From positions 66,964-130,963 of the forward strand of contig CALXWX010000003.1 of NCBI GenBank assembly GCA_944392565.1: DNA of 64,000 bases, in the 5' to 3' direction. This stretch comes from an uncultured Alphaproteobacteria bacterium. Its GTDB lineage: Bacteria > Pseudomonadota > Alphaproteobacteria > Rs-D84. The notes below the pieces were generated by a model. That model worked only from the letters and a program-made list of their open reading frames with translations. It made no database searches and had not been told where the DNA came from. Position 1 is the first letter of the stretch. The number at the start of each line of letters is the position of its first letter. This document shows positions 38,425 to 47,820 of the stretch, one piece after another. The position numbers were made by a program, and so were the translations under genes.

Positions 38425-40401
38425 ATGAGCGACGCCTTCTACAAAAATAGTATACAAAACTTTTTGAACCAGAGCGAAGAGGAAATCTTTGGTATTATAG
38501 CCGGTGGCGATAGATATGATACAGTTGTCGCACAAAAAGACGCTTGGATTGAACAAATCCGTTTGTTGAAATATGCGCTGGCTTATGCACCATCGGGCAG
38601 CATTTTGTTTGAATATACTTTGCCACGAGTGGGTGGGCGCATAGATAATATTTTGCTGATAAACAATACGGTCTTTGTTTTAGAGTTCAAGGTTGGTGCA
38701 GAAACTTATTCCAGTGATGCAATACGCCAGGTTCGTTCATATGCATTTGATTTGAAAAACTATCACGAAGAAAGCCGTCAGTGTAAAATAGTTCCAGTTC
38801 TGGTGGCAACAGGTGTCCCAGACGCTTATCGCCAACATGACGTGCCAGAAGATGTTTTTCTGACCGATGGCGATGAATTATGTAATATCATTATTCGCAA
38901 TACAGATACTTCATGCAAAACAATTGATGTGGATAAGTGGGCAAATTCCAGATATGTCCCAACGCCAACGATTATCGAAGCGGCCAAAATTTTATACAGC
39001 AACCACTCTGTTTCAGATATTACGCAAAACACAGCTGCCGAAAACCTGACCAAGACATCAGATGCGGTTCAGCGTATTATTGAACATTCAAAACAAAACA
39101 AACAAAAATCCATTTGTTTTATCACCGGGGTACCCGGCGCGGGTAAAACTTTGGCTGGTCTGAATATAGCAATTGAGAATCAGAAAACAACAGGGCAAAG
39201 TTATTCGTGTTTCTTAACGGGTAATCAACCGCTGGTATCTGTTTTGCGCGAAGCATTGGCCACAGATGACCACAGGCAAAACGGAACCCAGATTTCAGAA
39301 GCTCGTAACAAAGTAAAATCCTTTATCCAGATAATTCATCACTTCCGTGACGCATCGTTGGAAAATGTAGATGTCCCGCCAATAGACAATGTTGTCATAT
39401 TTGACGAGGCACAACGCGCATGGGTTCAATCAATGCTATCTAGCTTTATGCAGGAAAAGAAGGCAGCTGTTCTTAATCGTTTAACTAATGAACAACGGGC
39501 ACATTTTTTGGATATGAGTGAACCGGAAATGTTAATTGACTATATGAACCGACACCAAGATTGGGCGGTAATCGTCTGTCTTGTGGGTGGTGGCCAGGAT
39601 ATTAATACTGGTGAAGCTGGTATCCAAGAGTGGTTTGCATCATTAAAGCGTTCTTTTCCGGATTGGAATGTTTATGTGTCTGGCGATATAACCGATAAAG
39701 AATATCTGGGCAACCGATCGTTTGCAGAACTGACACATGGGCTGAAGTGCAAAACAATTAAAGAATTGCATCTGTCAGTGTCATTGCGCGCACACAGAAC
39801 ATCAGATGTTGCCGGCTTTGTGGATTCTTTGCTGGATAACGATGCGCCGGCGGCGGCCAAGAAGTATAAACGCTTGTCCGGAATGTATCCCATTTATATG
39901 ACGCGTGATTTAGTGCGCGCTAAACAATGGGTGCGCGAACAGACTGCCGGTAAGACGTTGCGGCACGGTCTGATTGCCAGTTCAAATGGTCGCAGATTGC
40001 GCGCAGATGGAATTTGGATAGAAAGCAAGTGCAAACCTGAAAAGTGGTTTCTGGGTGATCGCAACGATATCAAATCATCGTATTTTATGGAAGAAGCTGC
40101 CAGCGAATTTGATATACAGGGGCTGGAAATAGATTATGCAGTTATTGGCTGGGATGCAGATTACAGATATGTTGATGGGAAATTTGAATGTTTTAAACCC
40201 AGCGGTTCGCGTTGGCTATCAATCAACCAAGAAGACAAGAGACGCTATCTTAAAAACGCGTATCGTGTACTGCTGACCCGTGCCCGTGAAGGTTTTGTAA
40301 TGTTTATTCCGCGCGGCGACGCGACTGATGCTACCCGCCAACCAAATTTCTATGACGAATTATGGCAATACTTAACTGACATCGGCGTAGAGGTGCTGTA
40401 A
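38425..40401 (+). CDS. Nuclease-helicase fusion: N-terminal NERD-like PD-(D/E)xK nuclease domain + DUF2075-type SF1 P-loop ATPase/helicase domain
   Basis: The N-terminal GGRIDNILLINNTVFVLEFKVG carries a D...E-x-K motif resembling the NERD protein at 40802..41542. Walker A GVPGAGKT is at 39127-39150. Motif II VVIFDEAQRAW has DEAQ at 39403-39414. GGGQDINTGEAG and a C-terminal LLTRAREG motif-VI-like segment follow. 658 aa. Confidence 0.6.
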   Translation: MSDAFYKNSIQNFLNQSEEEIFGIIAGGDRYDTVVAQKDAWIEQIRLLKYALAYAPSGSILFEYTLPRVGGRIDNILLINNTVFVLEFKVGAETYSSDAIRQVRSYAFDLKNYHEESRQCKIVPVLVATGVPDAYRQHDVPEDVFLTDGDELCNIIIRNTDTSCKTIDVDKWANSRYVPTPTIIEAAKILYSNHSVSDITQNTAAENLTKTSDAVQRIIEHSKQNKQKSICFITGVPGAGKTLAGLNIAIENQKTTGQSYSCFLTGNQPLVSVLREALATDDHRQNGTQISEARNKVKSFIQIIHHFRDASLENVDVPPIDNVVIFDEAQRAWVQSMLSSFMQEKKAAVLNRLTNEQRAHFLDMSEPEMLIDYMNRHQDWAVIVCLVGGGQDINTGEAGIQEWFASLKRSFPDWNVYVSGDITDKEYLGNRSFAELTHGLKCKTIKELHLSVSLRAHRTSDVAGFVDSLLDNDAPAAAKKYKRLSGMYPIYMTRDLVRAKQWVREQTAGKTLRHGLIASSNGRRLRADGIWIESKCKPEKWFLGDRNDIKSSYFMEEAASEFDIQGLEIDYAVIGWDADYRYVDGKFECFKPSGSRWLSINQEDKRRYLKNAYRVLLTRAREGFVMFIPRGDATDATRQPNFYDELWQYLTDIGVEVL

Positions 40402-40650
40402 ATGTCCACGGCCAAAAGACAGCATTATATTCCAAGGTGTCTTTTAAAGCACATTTGTGCTGATGGTCAAGCAATCAATGTTACAGATTTGAAAACAAAC
40501 AGAACATATCAAACCAATATCGCCAAGATTGATGCTTTGTTTGAATGCCGCAGAAATGGTAGAGAAAGCCAGAACAAGGCTGTTAAAGGTTTTGATGCGC
40601 GGGATATCTGCAATTATAGGAGAGGCTTTCAGATGCACTGTAACGGGTGA
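40402..40650 (+). pseudogene. Truncated ORF with an HYIPR N-terminus (possible DUF4238-like remnant) immediately after the nuclease-helicase gene
   Basis: The ATG directly follows the TAA of the upstream gene. The 82-aa product begins MSTAKRQHYIPRCLLKHI, resembling the HY[IV]PxF[YL]LKxF start of a longer protein family. It is too short for that family, so is probably a decayed gene. Confidence 0.25.
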
Positions 40651-40801
40651 AGCGTGTCCGTGTCCCGATGAACATGTAAAACAATTTAACGAAGCGCAAA
40701 TACACGGCGCAGAACGGTTTATTTTTGGACAGGCTTAATAAATTTGATGTTTTTTCTGTGGAATAAATCATAAAAAGTTTGCTAATCAAGCTTTATAGCT
40801 T

Positions 40802-41542
40802 TTAATCAAACACACGGTCTTTGCCCAGCATATCTTTGACGGATTCTGCGTGGTGCTTGCGCGATTCCCACTCCGCGCCATTTTGCACTGCGCCCGCCAA
40901 AATTCGGATAACTTCATGTTTGTCCGTATAGTTCGCAGGTGGATTGCCGTCGATAATTGTGTTCACAACGTCCAACACCCTGTGGGCGGTTGTGACATAC
41001 GTGCCGTTTGGAATAAAACTTATATCTCGCAAATTGCAATTACCATAAAACACAATTACAGAAAACATAGGCAATTTTTCAAATTGTTTAGACAGTTTAC
41101 GCAGTTCCTTGATGTGTCCAGCATTTTGTCGTACTGGGTTATAAAATCGGTATTTTTCGCGACCGTATGCCAAAACTTGTGTCCACTGATTTTGACTGCC
41201 CTTGCCAAAAATCCAATCAGTGTAATCTTTGACTTCGAACACAATTAACCCGACATTGGTTGCCAACACCAAATCAATTTGAGTATTTTGACCGTTATGT
41301 TTTTTGATATATAAATCATGAAATAACGCACTTGGTTTAAATCCCGCCCGCAACAATTCCAGAATTAAATCACGTTCAGACCACGTACCACGATCCAGTT
41401 GGGTTACACTTTCTATCAACTGCCTGTTATGTTTCGTGTGTTCTTCCCATTCCCATTTTCTATTACGCTGATTGGCACGCGATTGCAGCAGTGCAACCGT
41501 AATTGTAATAATGCAAAAAAAGATCAAAAGTCCAAAGCCCAT
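40802..41542 (-). CDS. NERD-domain (nuclease-related) protein with an N-terminal TM helix
   Basis: TM helix, then IDLVLATNVGLIVFEVKDY (D...E-x-K), W-x7-NPVRQ and an HIKELRKL segment typical of NERD. Confidence 0.55.
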   Translation of the reverse strand: MGFGLLIFFCIITITVALLQSRANQRNRKWEWEEHTKHNRQLIESVTQLDRGTWSERDLILELLRAGFKPSALFHDLYIKKHNGQNTQIDLVLATNVGLIVFEVKDYTDWIFGKGSQNQWTQVLAYGREKYRFYNPVRQNAGHIKELRKLSKQFEKLPMFSVIVFYGNCNLRDISFIPNGTYVTTAHRVLDVVNTIIDGNPPANYTDKHEVIRILAGAVQNGAEWESRKHHAESVKDMLGKDRVFD

Positions 41543-41708
41543 ATTGCAAAGTATAATGCAATAAAAAGATCAATCAATTAAATAACAGCATTATAGGGAT
41601 TTGCTTCATTATAATTCAATCGTTTAAATTATAAACCATATATTAATGCCGCAAAGGGGCATAATAGTTCCACGGTGATGTCAAAATATGCATTTGCCAA
41701 AACAAATA

Positions 41709-42137
41709 TTATCGCATGTATTTTAATGCGGTTTCGACAATTTGTTTATCTTTGTGTTTCAAGTGCCATTTATTCAGTGCCATTTTATATAAATCTAATT
41801 TTTGTCGTTCAAAATCATCGGGCATTAAATCATTTTTAATAGAATTACAAATTGCATGTGCCGGTAATAAATTTTCCGCATCATCTGTGCCACCATGGCA
41901 TTTTGGAATATAGTGATCCAGCGACATTTTATGTTTTGCCAAAATTGGCTGACCACATATATGACAATACAGTATTGGCTGTATAGACAGTTCGATTTTT
42001 ATTTGAATGATAATTTTATGGCACATACAGGCAGCTTTTTGAAAAATATTATGCTTTGAACGATATAAGACATAATCCATTCTGTCAATATTGTAATTAT
42101 TAAATAAAATACATATTTGAAAAAATGACGCTTGCAA
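41709..42137 (-). CDS. HNH endonuclease
   Basis: CHICGQPI...LDHYIPKCHGGTDDAENLLPAHAICNSIKND is the HNH core with a zinc knuckle. Confidence 0.6.
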   Translation of the reverse strand: MQASFFQICILFNNYNIDRMDYVLYRSKHNIFQKAACMCHKIIIQIKIELSIQPILYCHICGQPILAKHKMSLDHYIPKCHGGTDDAENLLPAHAICNSIKNDLMPDDFERQKLDLYKMALNKWHLKHKDKQIVETALKYMR

Positions 42138-42236
42138 AAAAATTCATATTTTGATTCAATCACAAATTACCACCAGGCATACTTTGTATAAATACCAAGA
42201 TATATTTTTCTTTTATAGTTAATTATTGGGGGATAA

Positions 42237-43994
42237 ATGATAAAACTGCTGCGGCATTTGACGGGACGTGAATGGCTGTTGATTTTTATATGCTTGGTAT
42301 TTGTGGTTATCCAAGTATGGCTTAGTTTAAAATTACCTGATTATATGGCTGAAATTACGCGTTTGGTTCAGACAAAATCAAATGCGTTGAACGAAATATT
42401 ACATGCTGGTGGCATGATGATGTTATGCACGCTGGCAATATTTGGAATTACATTTATTACAGGATATTTGGTCGCAATAACATCGTCTGGGTTGGCGATG
42501 CGATTGCGGCGCCGTGTGTTTGAAAAAACAGTATCTTTTTCAATGGCGGGCATCAGTCATTTTTCCACCGCCAGTTTGATAACGCGTTCCACAAATGATA
42601 TAACCCAGATACAAATGTTTTTCATGATGGCGCTGAAAATCGGGGTGCGTGCGCCAATTATGGCGATTTGGGCGGCATTAAAAATGTATGACCATGGGTG
42701 GGAATGGGCGGCAATTACCGGAATATTTGTTGTTGTGCTGTTAATGATGATCGGCACTATTTATGCATTGGCAATACCAAAATTTACAATCATCCAGAAA
42801 TTAACAGATAATTTGAATCGTGTAACGCGGGAAAACCTGTCTGGGATTCGTGTCGTTCATGCATATAACGCCGAAAAATATCAAGAACGCAAATTTGGTC
42901 GTGCCAATGATAAATTAACGCGTACCAGTTTATTTACGCATCGATTAATGTCAATTGCAGACCCGGGTGTACAATTTTTAATGATGGGATTAATTCTGGC
43001 AATTTATTTGGTTGGTGCATATATGATAAATGCGGCGCCAACGCCCGACAGAATTGGATTATTTTCTGACATGATTGTATTTTCATCATACGCGACCCAG
43101 GTTATTGCATCATTTATAATATTGACAATGATATTGCTGTTTATGACGCGTGCGACGGTATCAGCGCGGCGAATAAATGCAGTTCTGGATACAGATTGCG
43201 ATATTATCGACGGAAACATTAATAAAACTGTGCGTCGTACGGGGGGGATGATTGAATTCAGAAATGTATCATTTCGATATCCTGATGCGATTGGCGATGC
43301 ATTGCATGATATAACATTTACGGCGCGTCCCGGCGAAACGGTTGCGATTATTGGCGCCACAGGCAGTGGCAAAAGCACACTGATAAATTTAGTCCCGCGT
43401 TTTTATGATGTGACATCTGGGGCGGTGTTGGTTGATGGAATTGATGTCCGCGATTATACCCAGCGTGCATTGCGTAATAAATTAGGATATGCGTCCCAGC
43501 GGGCGATAATGTTTCGTGGCACGGTTTCATCAAATGTTGCATATGGCGATAATGGACGCCGGCGTGCCACACGCGCCCAGATACGGCGCGCTGTAAAAAT
43601 TGCCCAGGCAAGCAGTTTTGTTGAAAAAATGGACGGCAAATATGATGCCATGATTGCCCAGGGTGGCACAAACCTGTCTGGGGGTCAGAAACAGCGCCTG
43701 TCCATTGCGCGGGCGGTATGTCGCGCGCCGGAAATATATATTTTTGATGATTCTTTTTCTGCGCTGGATTACAAAACCGACCATGCATTGCGCACTGAAT
43801 TACGGCGCCAGACGGGCGGGGCAACAACATTAATTGTTGCACAACGCGTTGGCACAATTATGAATGCAGATCAAATATTAGTTTTAGATAATGGTCGTAT
43901 TGTTGGACGTGGCACACATGATGAATTAATGAAAAATTGTCCGATTTATATTGAAATTGCTAAATCCCAGTTGGGGCGCGATGGGGGAAAATAA
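42237..43994 (+). CDS. ABC transporter, fused permease/ATP-binding subunit (type I exporter, MsbA/MdlA-like)
   Basis: Six-TM domain plus NBD with Walker A GATGSGKST, LSGGQKQR signature and Walker B IFDDSFSALD. Confidence 0.8.
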   Translation: MIKLLRHLTGREWLLIFICLVFVVIQVWLSLKLPDYMAEITRLVQTKSNALNEILHAGGMMMLCTLAIFGITFITGYLVAITSSGLAMRLRRRVFEKTVSFSMAGISHFSTASLITRSTNDITQIQMFFMMALKIGVRAPIMAIWAALKMYDHGWEWAAITGIFVVVLLMMIGTIYALAIPKFTIIQKLTDNLNRVTRENLSGIRVVHAYNAEKYQERKFGRANDKLTRTSLFTHRLMSIADPGVQFLMMGLILAIYLVGAYMINAAPTPDRIGLFSDMIVFSSYATQVIASFIILTMILLFMTRATVSARRINAVLDTDCDIIDGNINKTVRRTGGMIEFRNVSFRYPDAIGDALHDITFTARPGETVAIIGATGSGKSTLINLVPRFYDVTSGAVLVDGIDVRDYTQRALRNKLGYASQRAIMFRGTVSSNVAYGDNGRRRATRAQIRRAVKIAQASSFVEKMDGKYDAMIAQGGTNLSGGQKQRLSIARAVCRAPEIYIFDDSFSALDYKTDHALRTELRRQTGGATTLIVAQRVGTIMNADQILVLDNGRIVGRGTHDELMKNCPIYIEIAKSQLGRDGGK

Positions 43995-43995
43995 T

Positions 43996-45774
43996 ATGAT
44001 GCATGGGAAAAATAATGCTGGCGGTGATAAAGCCGCACATTTTTGGAAAACGATGGCGCAATTGGTCGTGTACTGTAAAAAATATTGGTTGCCGATTTGC
44101 GTTGCGATTGGTTTTTCTGTTGTGGCAACGGTACTGACGGTTATTGCACCCGGGAAATTAAAAGATATCACGAACCTGATTGCCAATGGTTTGAATGCCG
44201 GAATTGACATGCATGATATTGTGCGCTTGGGGATAATTGTCGCATTATTATATGGGTTCAGTTTTATATTTAACTTAATTCGTGGATTTATGCTGGCGGG
44301 TGTTGCGGCGCGTGTTTCGCGGTCATTGCGACGTGATATTGCATCAAAGATAAATCGTTTGCCATTGGGATATTTTAATTCCAGCAGTACGGGTGATACA
44401 ATGTCGCGTGTGACGAACGATGTGGATATTGTATCGCAGGTTCTGGGACAAAGTTTTGGTTCATTTGTTGCCCAGATTGTAATGTTTTTTGGGTCAATGA
44501 TAATGATGTTTTACACGAATTGGATAATGGCATTGGCGGCAATATTGGCAACAGCAATCGGACTGGTTTTGATGACATTAATTTTATCGCGTTCGCAAAA
44601 ATATTTTATACGCCAGCAACGCGAACTGGGCAATTTAAATGGATATATCGAAGAACGCTATACCGGATTAATGGTGGTCAAGGCATATAATGCCGAATCA
44701 GAATCCCTGCGCGAATTTGATAAAATGAATTATGATTTGTATTCCAGTGCATGGAAAAGTCAATTTATATCTGGGCTAACCCATCCGTTAATGAATCTGG
44801 TGGGGAATTTGGGATATGTAACGGTTTGCGTCGTTGGTGCGGTTTTGGCATGGAATGGATATATATCGTTTGGTGTGATTGTTGCATTTATTTTATATGT
44901 TGATCTATTTGGTGATGCCGCGTCCCAGTTTTCATCATTGCTGTCAAATCTGCAATCTGCCGCCGCCGCCAGTGAACGCGTGTTTGAATTTCTGGATTTG
45001 CCATCTGTACCAAATGACCACGGTAAAATAATTCCATTATCATCTGTTCGCGGTGATGTTGAGTTTCAAAATGTCAGTTTTGGTTATGAACCCGGACAAT
45101 TGGTTATCAAGAATTTTTCTGCGGTTGTGCATGCCGGGCAAACGGTTGCGATTGTTGGACCCACGGGTGCCGGCAAAACAACACTGGTAAATTTATTAAT
45201 GCGATTTTACGATGTTACATCTGGGCGAATATTGATTGATGGCATTCCAATTGATGAACTGCGGCGATCCAATGTCCGTTCGATGTTCTGTATGGTATTG
45301 CAAGACACCTGGCTGTTTCATGGAACTGTTCGTGAAAACATAGTGTATGATAAATCCGGGGTCAGTGATGCCGCGGTTATTGCGGCGGCGCGTGCGGTGG
45401 GATTGGATGGTTTTATAAAAACATTACCATCGGGATATAATACTGTTTTGGATGATTCAACAACATTATCCGCGGGTCAGCGCCAGTTATTAACAATTGC
45501 GCGTGCGATGGTCAAAAATGCCCCAATGTTGATATTAGATGAAGCAACCAGTTCCGTTGACACACGCACAGAAATCCAGATTCAGCGTGCCATGGATAAA
45601 TTAATGCGTGGTCGAACCAGTTTTATTATTGCACACAGATTGTCAACAATCCGAAATGCTGATTTAATTCTGGTATTAAAAGACGGCAATATAATCGAAA
45701 GTGGCACGCATGATGAATTAATGGCGCGTGGCGGTTTCTATATGGAATTGTATAACAGTCAATTTGAACAATAA
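43996..45774 (+). CDS. ABC transporter, fused permease/ATP-binding subunit (partner of the preceding gene; heterodimeric exporter)
   Basis: ORF 43951..45774. The start is at ATG 43996, just after the upstream stop and an SD. GPTGAGKTT, LSAGQRQL, ILDEATSSVD. Confidence 0.8.
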   Translation: MMHGKNNAGGDKAAHFWKTMAQLVVYCKKYWLPICVAIGFSVVATVLTVIAPGKLKDITNLIANGLNAGIDMHDIVRLGIIVALLYGFSFIFNLIRGFMLAGVAARVSRSLRRDIASKINRLPLGYFNSSSTGDTMSRVTNDVDIVSQVLGQSFGSFVAQIVMFFGSMIMMFYTNWIMALAAILATAIGLVLMTLILSRSQKYFIRQQRELGNLNGYIEERYTGLMVVKAYNAESESLREFDKMNYDLYSSAWKSQFISGLTHPLMNLVGNLGYVTVCVVGAVLAWNGYISFGVIVAFILYVDLFGDAASQFSSLLSNLQSAAAASERVFEFLDLPSVPNDHGKIIPLSSVRGDVEFQNVSFGYEPGQLVIKNFSAVVHAGQTVAIVGPTGAGKTTLVNLLMRFYDVTSGRILIDGIPIDELRRSNVRSMFCMVLQDTWLFHGTVRENIVYDKSGVSDAAVIAAARAVGLDGFIKTLPSGYNTVLDDSTTLSAGQRQLLTIARAMVKNAPMLILDEATSSVDTRTEIQIQRAMDKLMRGRTSFIIAHRLSTIRNADLILVLKDGNIIESGTHDELMARGGFYMELYNSQFEQ

Positions 45775-45800
45775 AAAATGCCCAAATGGGCATTTTTTAT
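45773..45800. terminator. Bidirectional rho-independent terminator
   Basis: aaaaaatgcccaaatgggcatttttt. Confidence 0.65.
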
Positions 45801-45817
45801 TGTTGATACAGGTATGT

Positions 45818-46591
45818 TTAGAATGAATACCGTACACCTAATTTAACTTCATGTGCATATACGAATTCGTTTGCAACATTTGATGAATTGAAACGATATC
45901 CGATATCCATTGCCCAATCTTCGTTAAAGTTATATGCGGCACCCAAACCAACCTGCCATTCGAATTCATACAGGGTATCATTGGCAACTTCCATTTCACC
46001 CAATGGGATGTTTTTTAACACAGCCACAGCCACTGGATTTTGACTTAATTGTGCCAATACTTCATCTTCGATATCGATTTCAACGGTTGCCTTTTGGTGG
46101 TAAACACCAAATCCGACACCGGCACCAATATATGGGGTCCAATTTGAATTTTCTAATTCAAAATCATAATACAAATTTGCCATATATGAATTATGACGCA
46201 CTGATGTCGATGTTTCGATTTCCGCGGGAACCGTCAGACTACCCATTGGTTCCATATTCATATCAATCAGATTGCCACTGAAAATTTCATAGTCGTCTTC
46301 GGATGCGCTGCGGATTGCGGCTTCTAATTCGGCGCGAACATTACCATATTTAACACCCGCGGTAATTTCACCCGCAAACGCCATATCAAAATCCATATCA
46401 TCACCCGCATTTGCAACAAATGCATGTGGGATATCTGCTGGGACTTTTGTTGCGTCAAATTTTACACGCTTTGCGGATGTACCCGCTTTATCAATAACCA
46501 GACCAAGACCGACATATGGTGTAATTTCTGCTGCGAATGCAGATGGCGCAAATATTGCCATCGCCATAAATAATGCAATTTTATTTTTCAT
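45818..46591 (-). CDS. Outer-membrane beta-barrel protein (OmpA/OmpW-like 8-stranded barrel)
   Basis: Signal peptide MKNKIALFMAMAIFAPSAFA. C-terminal GVRYSF. Confidence 0.45.
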   Translation of the reverse strand: MKNKIALFMAMAIFAPSAFAAEITPYVGLGLVIDKAGTSAKRVKFDATKVPADIPHAFVANAGDDMDFDMAFAGEITAGVKYGNVRAELEAAIRSASEDDYEIFSGNLIDMNMEPMGSLTVPAEIETSTSVRHNSYMANLYYDFELENSNWTPYIGAGVGFGVYHQKATVEIDIEDEVLAQLSQNPVAVAVLKNIPLGEMEVANDTLYEFEWQVGLGAAYNFNEDWAMDIGYRFNSSNVANEFVYAHEVKLGVRYSF

Positions 46592-46720
46592 TGTTTCTCC
46601 TTAAAAAAACTTAGGTATAAATACCTAATAAAAACTATATCAAATTACAATTTATGTCAAATAAAAAATACTGATTTATTGGCATCTTTATAACATCATG
46701 CGCACATTGAATTGCATGTA

Positions 46721-47293
46721 TCACAGTTTTTTATAACGCCAGCAGCCAGGTTCGTGCGCATTTATTATGCCGATTGCCTGTAAATATGCATAAATTGTTG
46801 TTGTTCCAACAAATCGCATACCGCGCCGCCGCAAATCATCGGATATTTTATCTGATAATTCTGACCGCGTAATGCCATATTCGTGTACCACGCGCCCGCC
46901 CGTCCAATGCCATATGTATTTATCAAATGTGCCGTATTCGCGCTGAATTTCACGAAACACGCGTGCATTATTTATGGCGGCGGCAATCTTGCGACCATTG
47001 CGTATTATGCCGGCATTGTTGGATAATTCAGATATTTTTTCTGCATCATAATCACAGACCGCATTTATATCAAAATTATCAAATGCGCGGCGAAATGCGT
47101 CTGTCTTGTTCAATATACATTCCCACGACAGACCTGCCTGGAATGTTTCCAGAACCAGCATTTCAAACAACACCGCATCATCATGCACGCCCACGCCCCA
47201 TTGGGTGTCATGATATTTTATATATCGTTCATTTTTCGGGTTCGCCCAGTGACATCGACATTTGCCATCAGACCATGTGGGTAATTTTGTCAT
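46721..47293 (-). CDS. tag: DNA-3-methyladenine glycosylase I
   Basis: ORF 46721..47386. The likely start is MTKLPTWSDGKCRCHWAN, giving an ATGA overlap with the ogt stop. Tag motifs YHDTQWG and Zn-binding Cys/His. Confidence 0.75.
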   Translation of the reverse strand: MTKLPTWSDGKCRCHWANPKNERYIKYHDTQWGVGVHDDAVLFEMLVLETFQAGLSWECILNKTDAFRRAFDNFDINAVCDYDAEKISELSNNAGIIRNGRKIAAAINNARVFREIQREYGTFDKYIWHWTGGRVVHEYGITRSELSDKISDDLRRRGMRFVGTTTIYAYLQAIGIINAHEPGCWRYKKL

Positions 47294-47784
47294 ATTGCGC
47301 CTTCGTGTGTTAACAGATATCGTTTTATCCCCAGTCCCCCGGCATACCCGGTCATATTTCCGTTTGCGCCCACCACGCGATGGCATGGTATAATTATTGA
47401 TATTGGATTATGACCAATTGCGCCGCCAACGGCGCGCGGTGATTTTGCACCAATGCGCCGTGCAATATCGCCATATGTCGCGGTTGCACCATACGGGATA
47501 TCAACCAGTGCGCGCCACACCCGCCGCTGGAATTCTGTACCGTGTGGCGATATGGTTAATTCTGTGGCGCGTGGTTGCATGCCGGCGAAATATTTGTCCA
47601 GCCATTGCGCCGTGCGAATAAAAATTGGTGCGTTTGGATTTTTTATCACAGACATTGGCATGCCCGCCATATAATATTTTTGTCCCACAAACCACAGACC
47701 GCACAACTTATCACCACATGCCGCCAGTGTTATTTTCCCAATTGGTGAATCATATTCATCAATAAAAAACTGACTCGGTTCCAT
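47290..47784 (-). CDS. ogt: Methylated-DNA-protein-cysteine S-methyltransferase
   Basis: Active-site IPCHRVV and helix-turn-wing RRVW...IPYGATATYGDIA. Confidence 0.8.
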   Translation of the reverse strand: MEPSQFFIDEYDSPIGKITLAACGDKLCGLWFVGQKYYMAGMPMSVIKNPNAPIFIRTAQWLDKYFAGMQPRATELTISPHGTEFQRRVWRALVDIPYGATATYGDIARRIGAKSPRAVGGAIGHNPISIIIPCHRVVGANGNMTGYAGGLGIKRYLLTHEGAI

Positions 47785-47820
47785 ATTTGGATATTATGCA
47801 ATAAAAACGAAAAAATCAAA

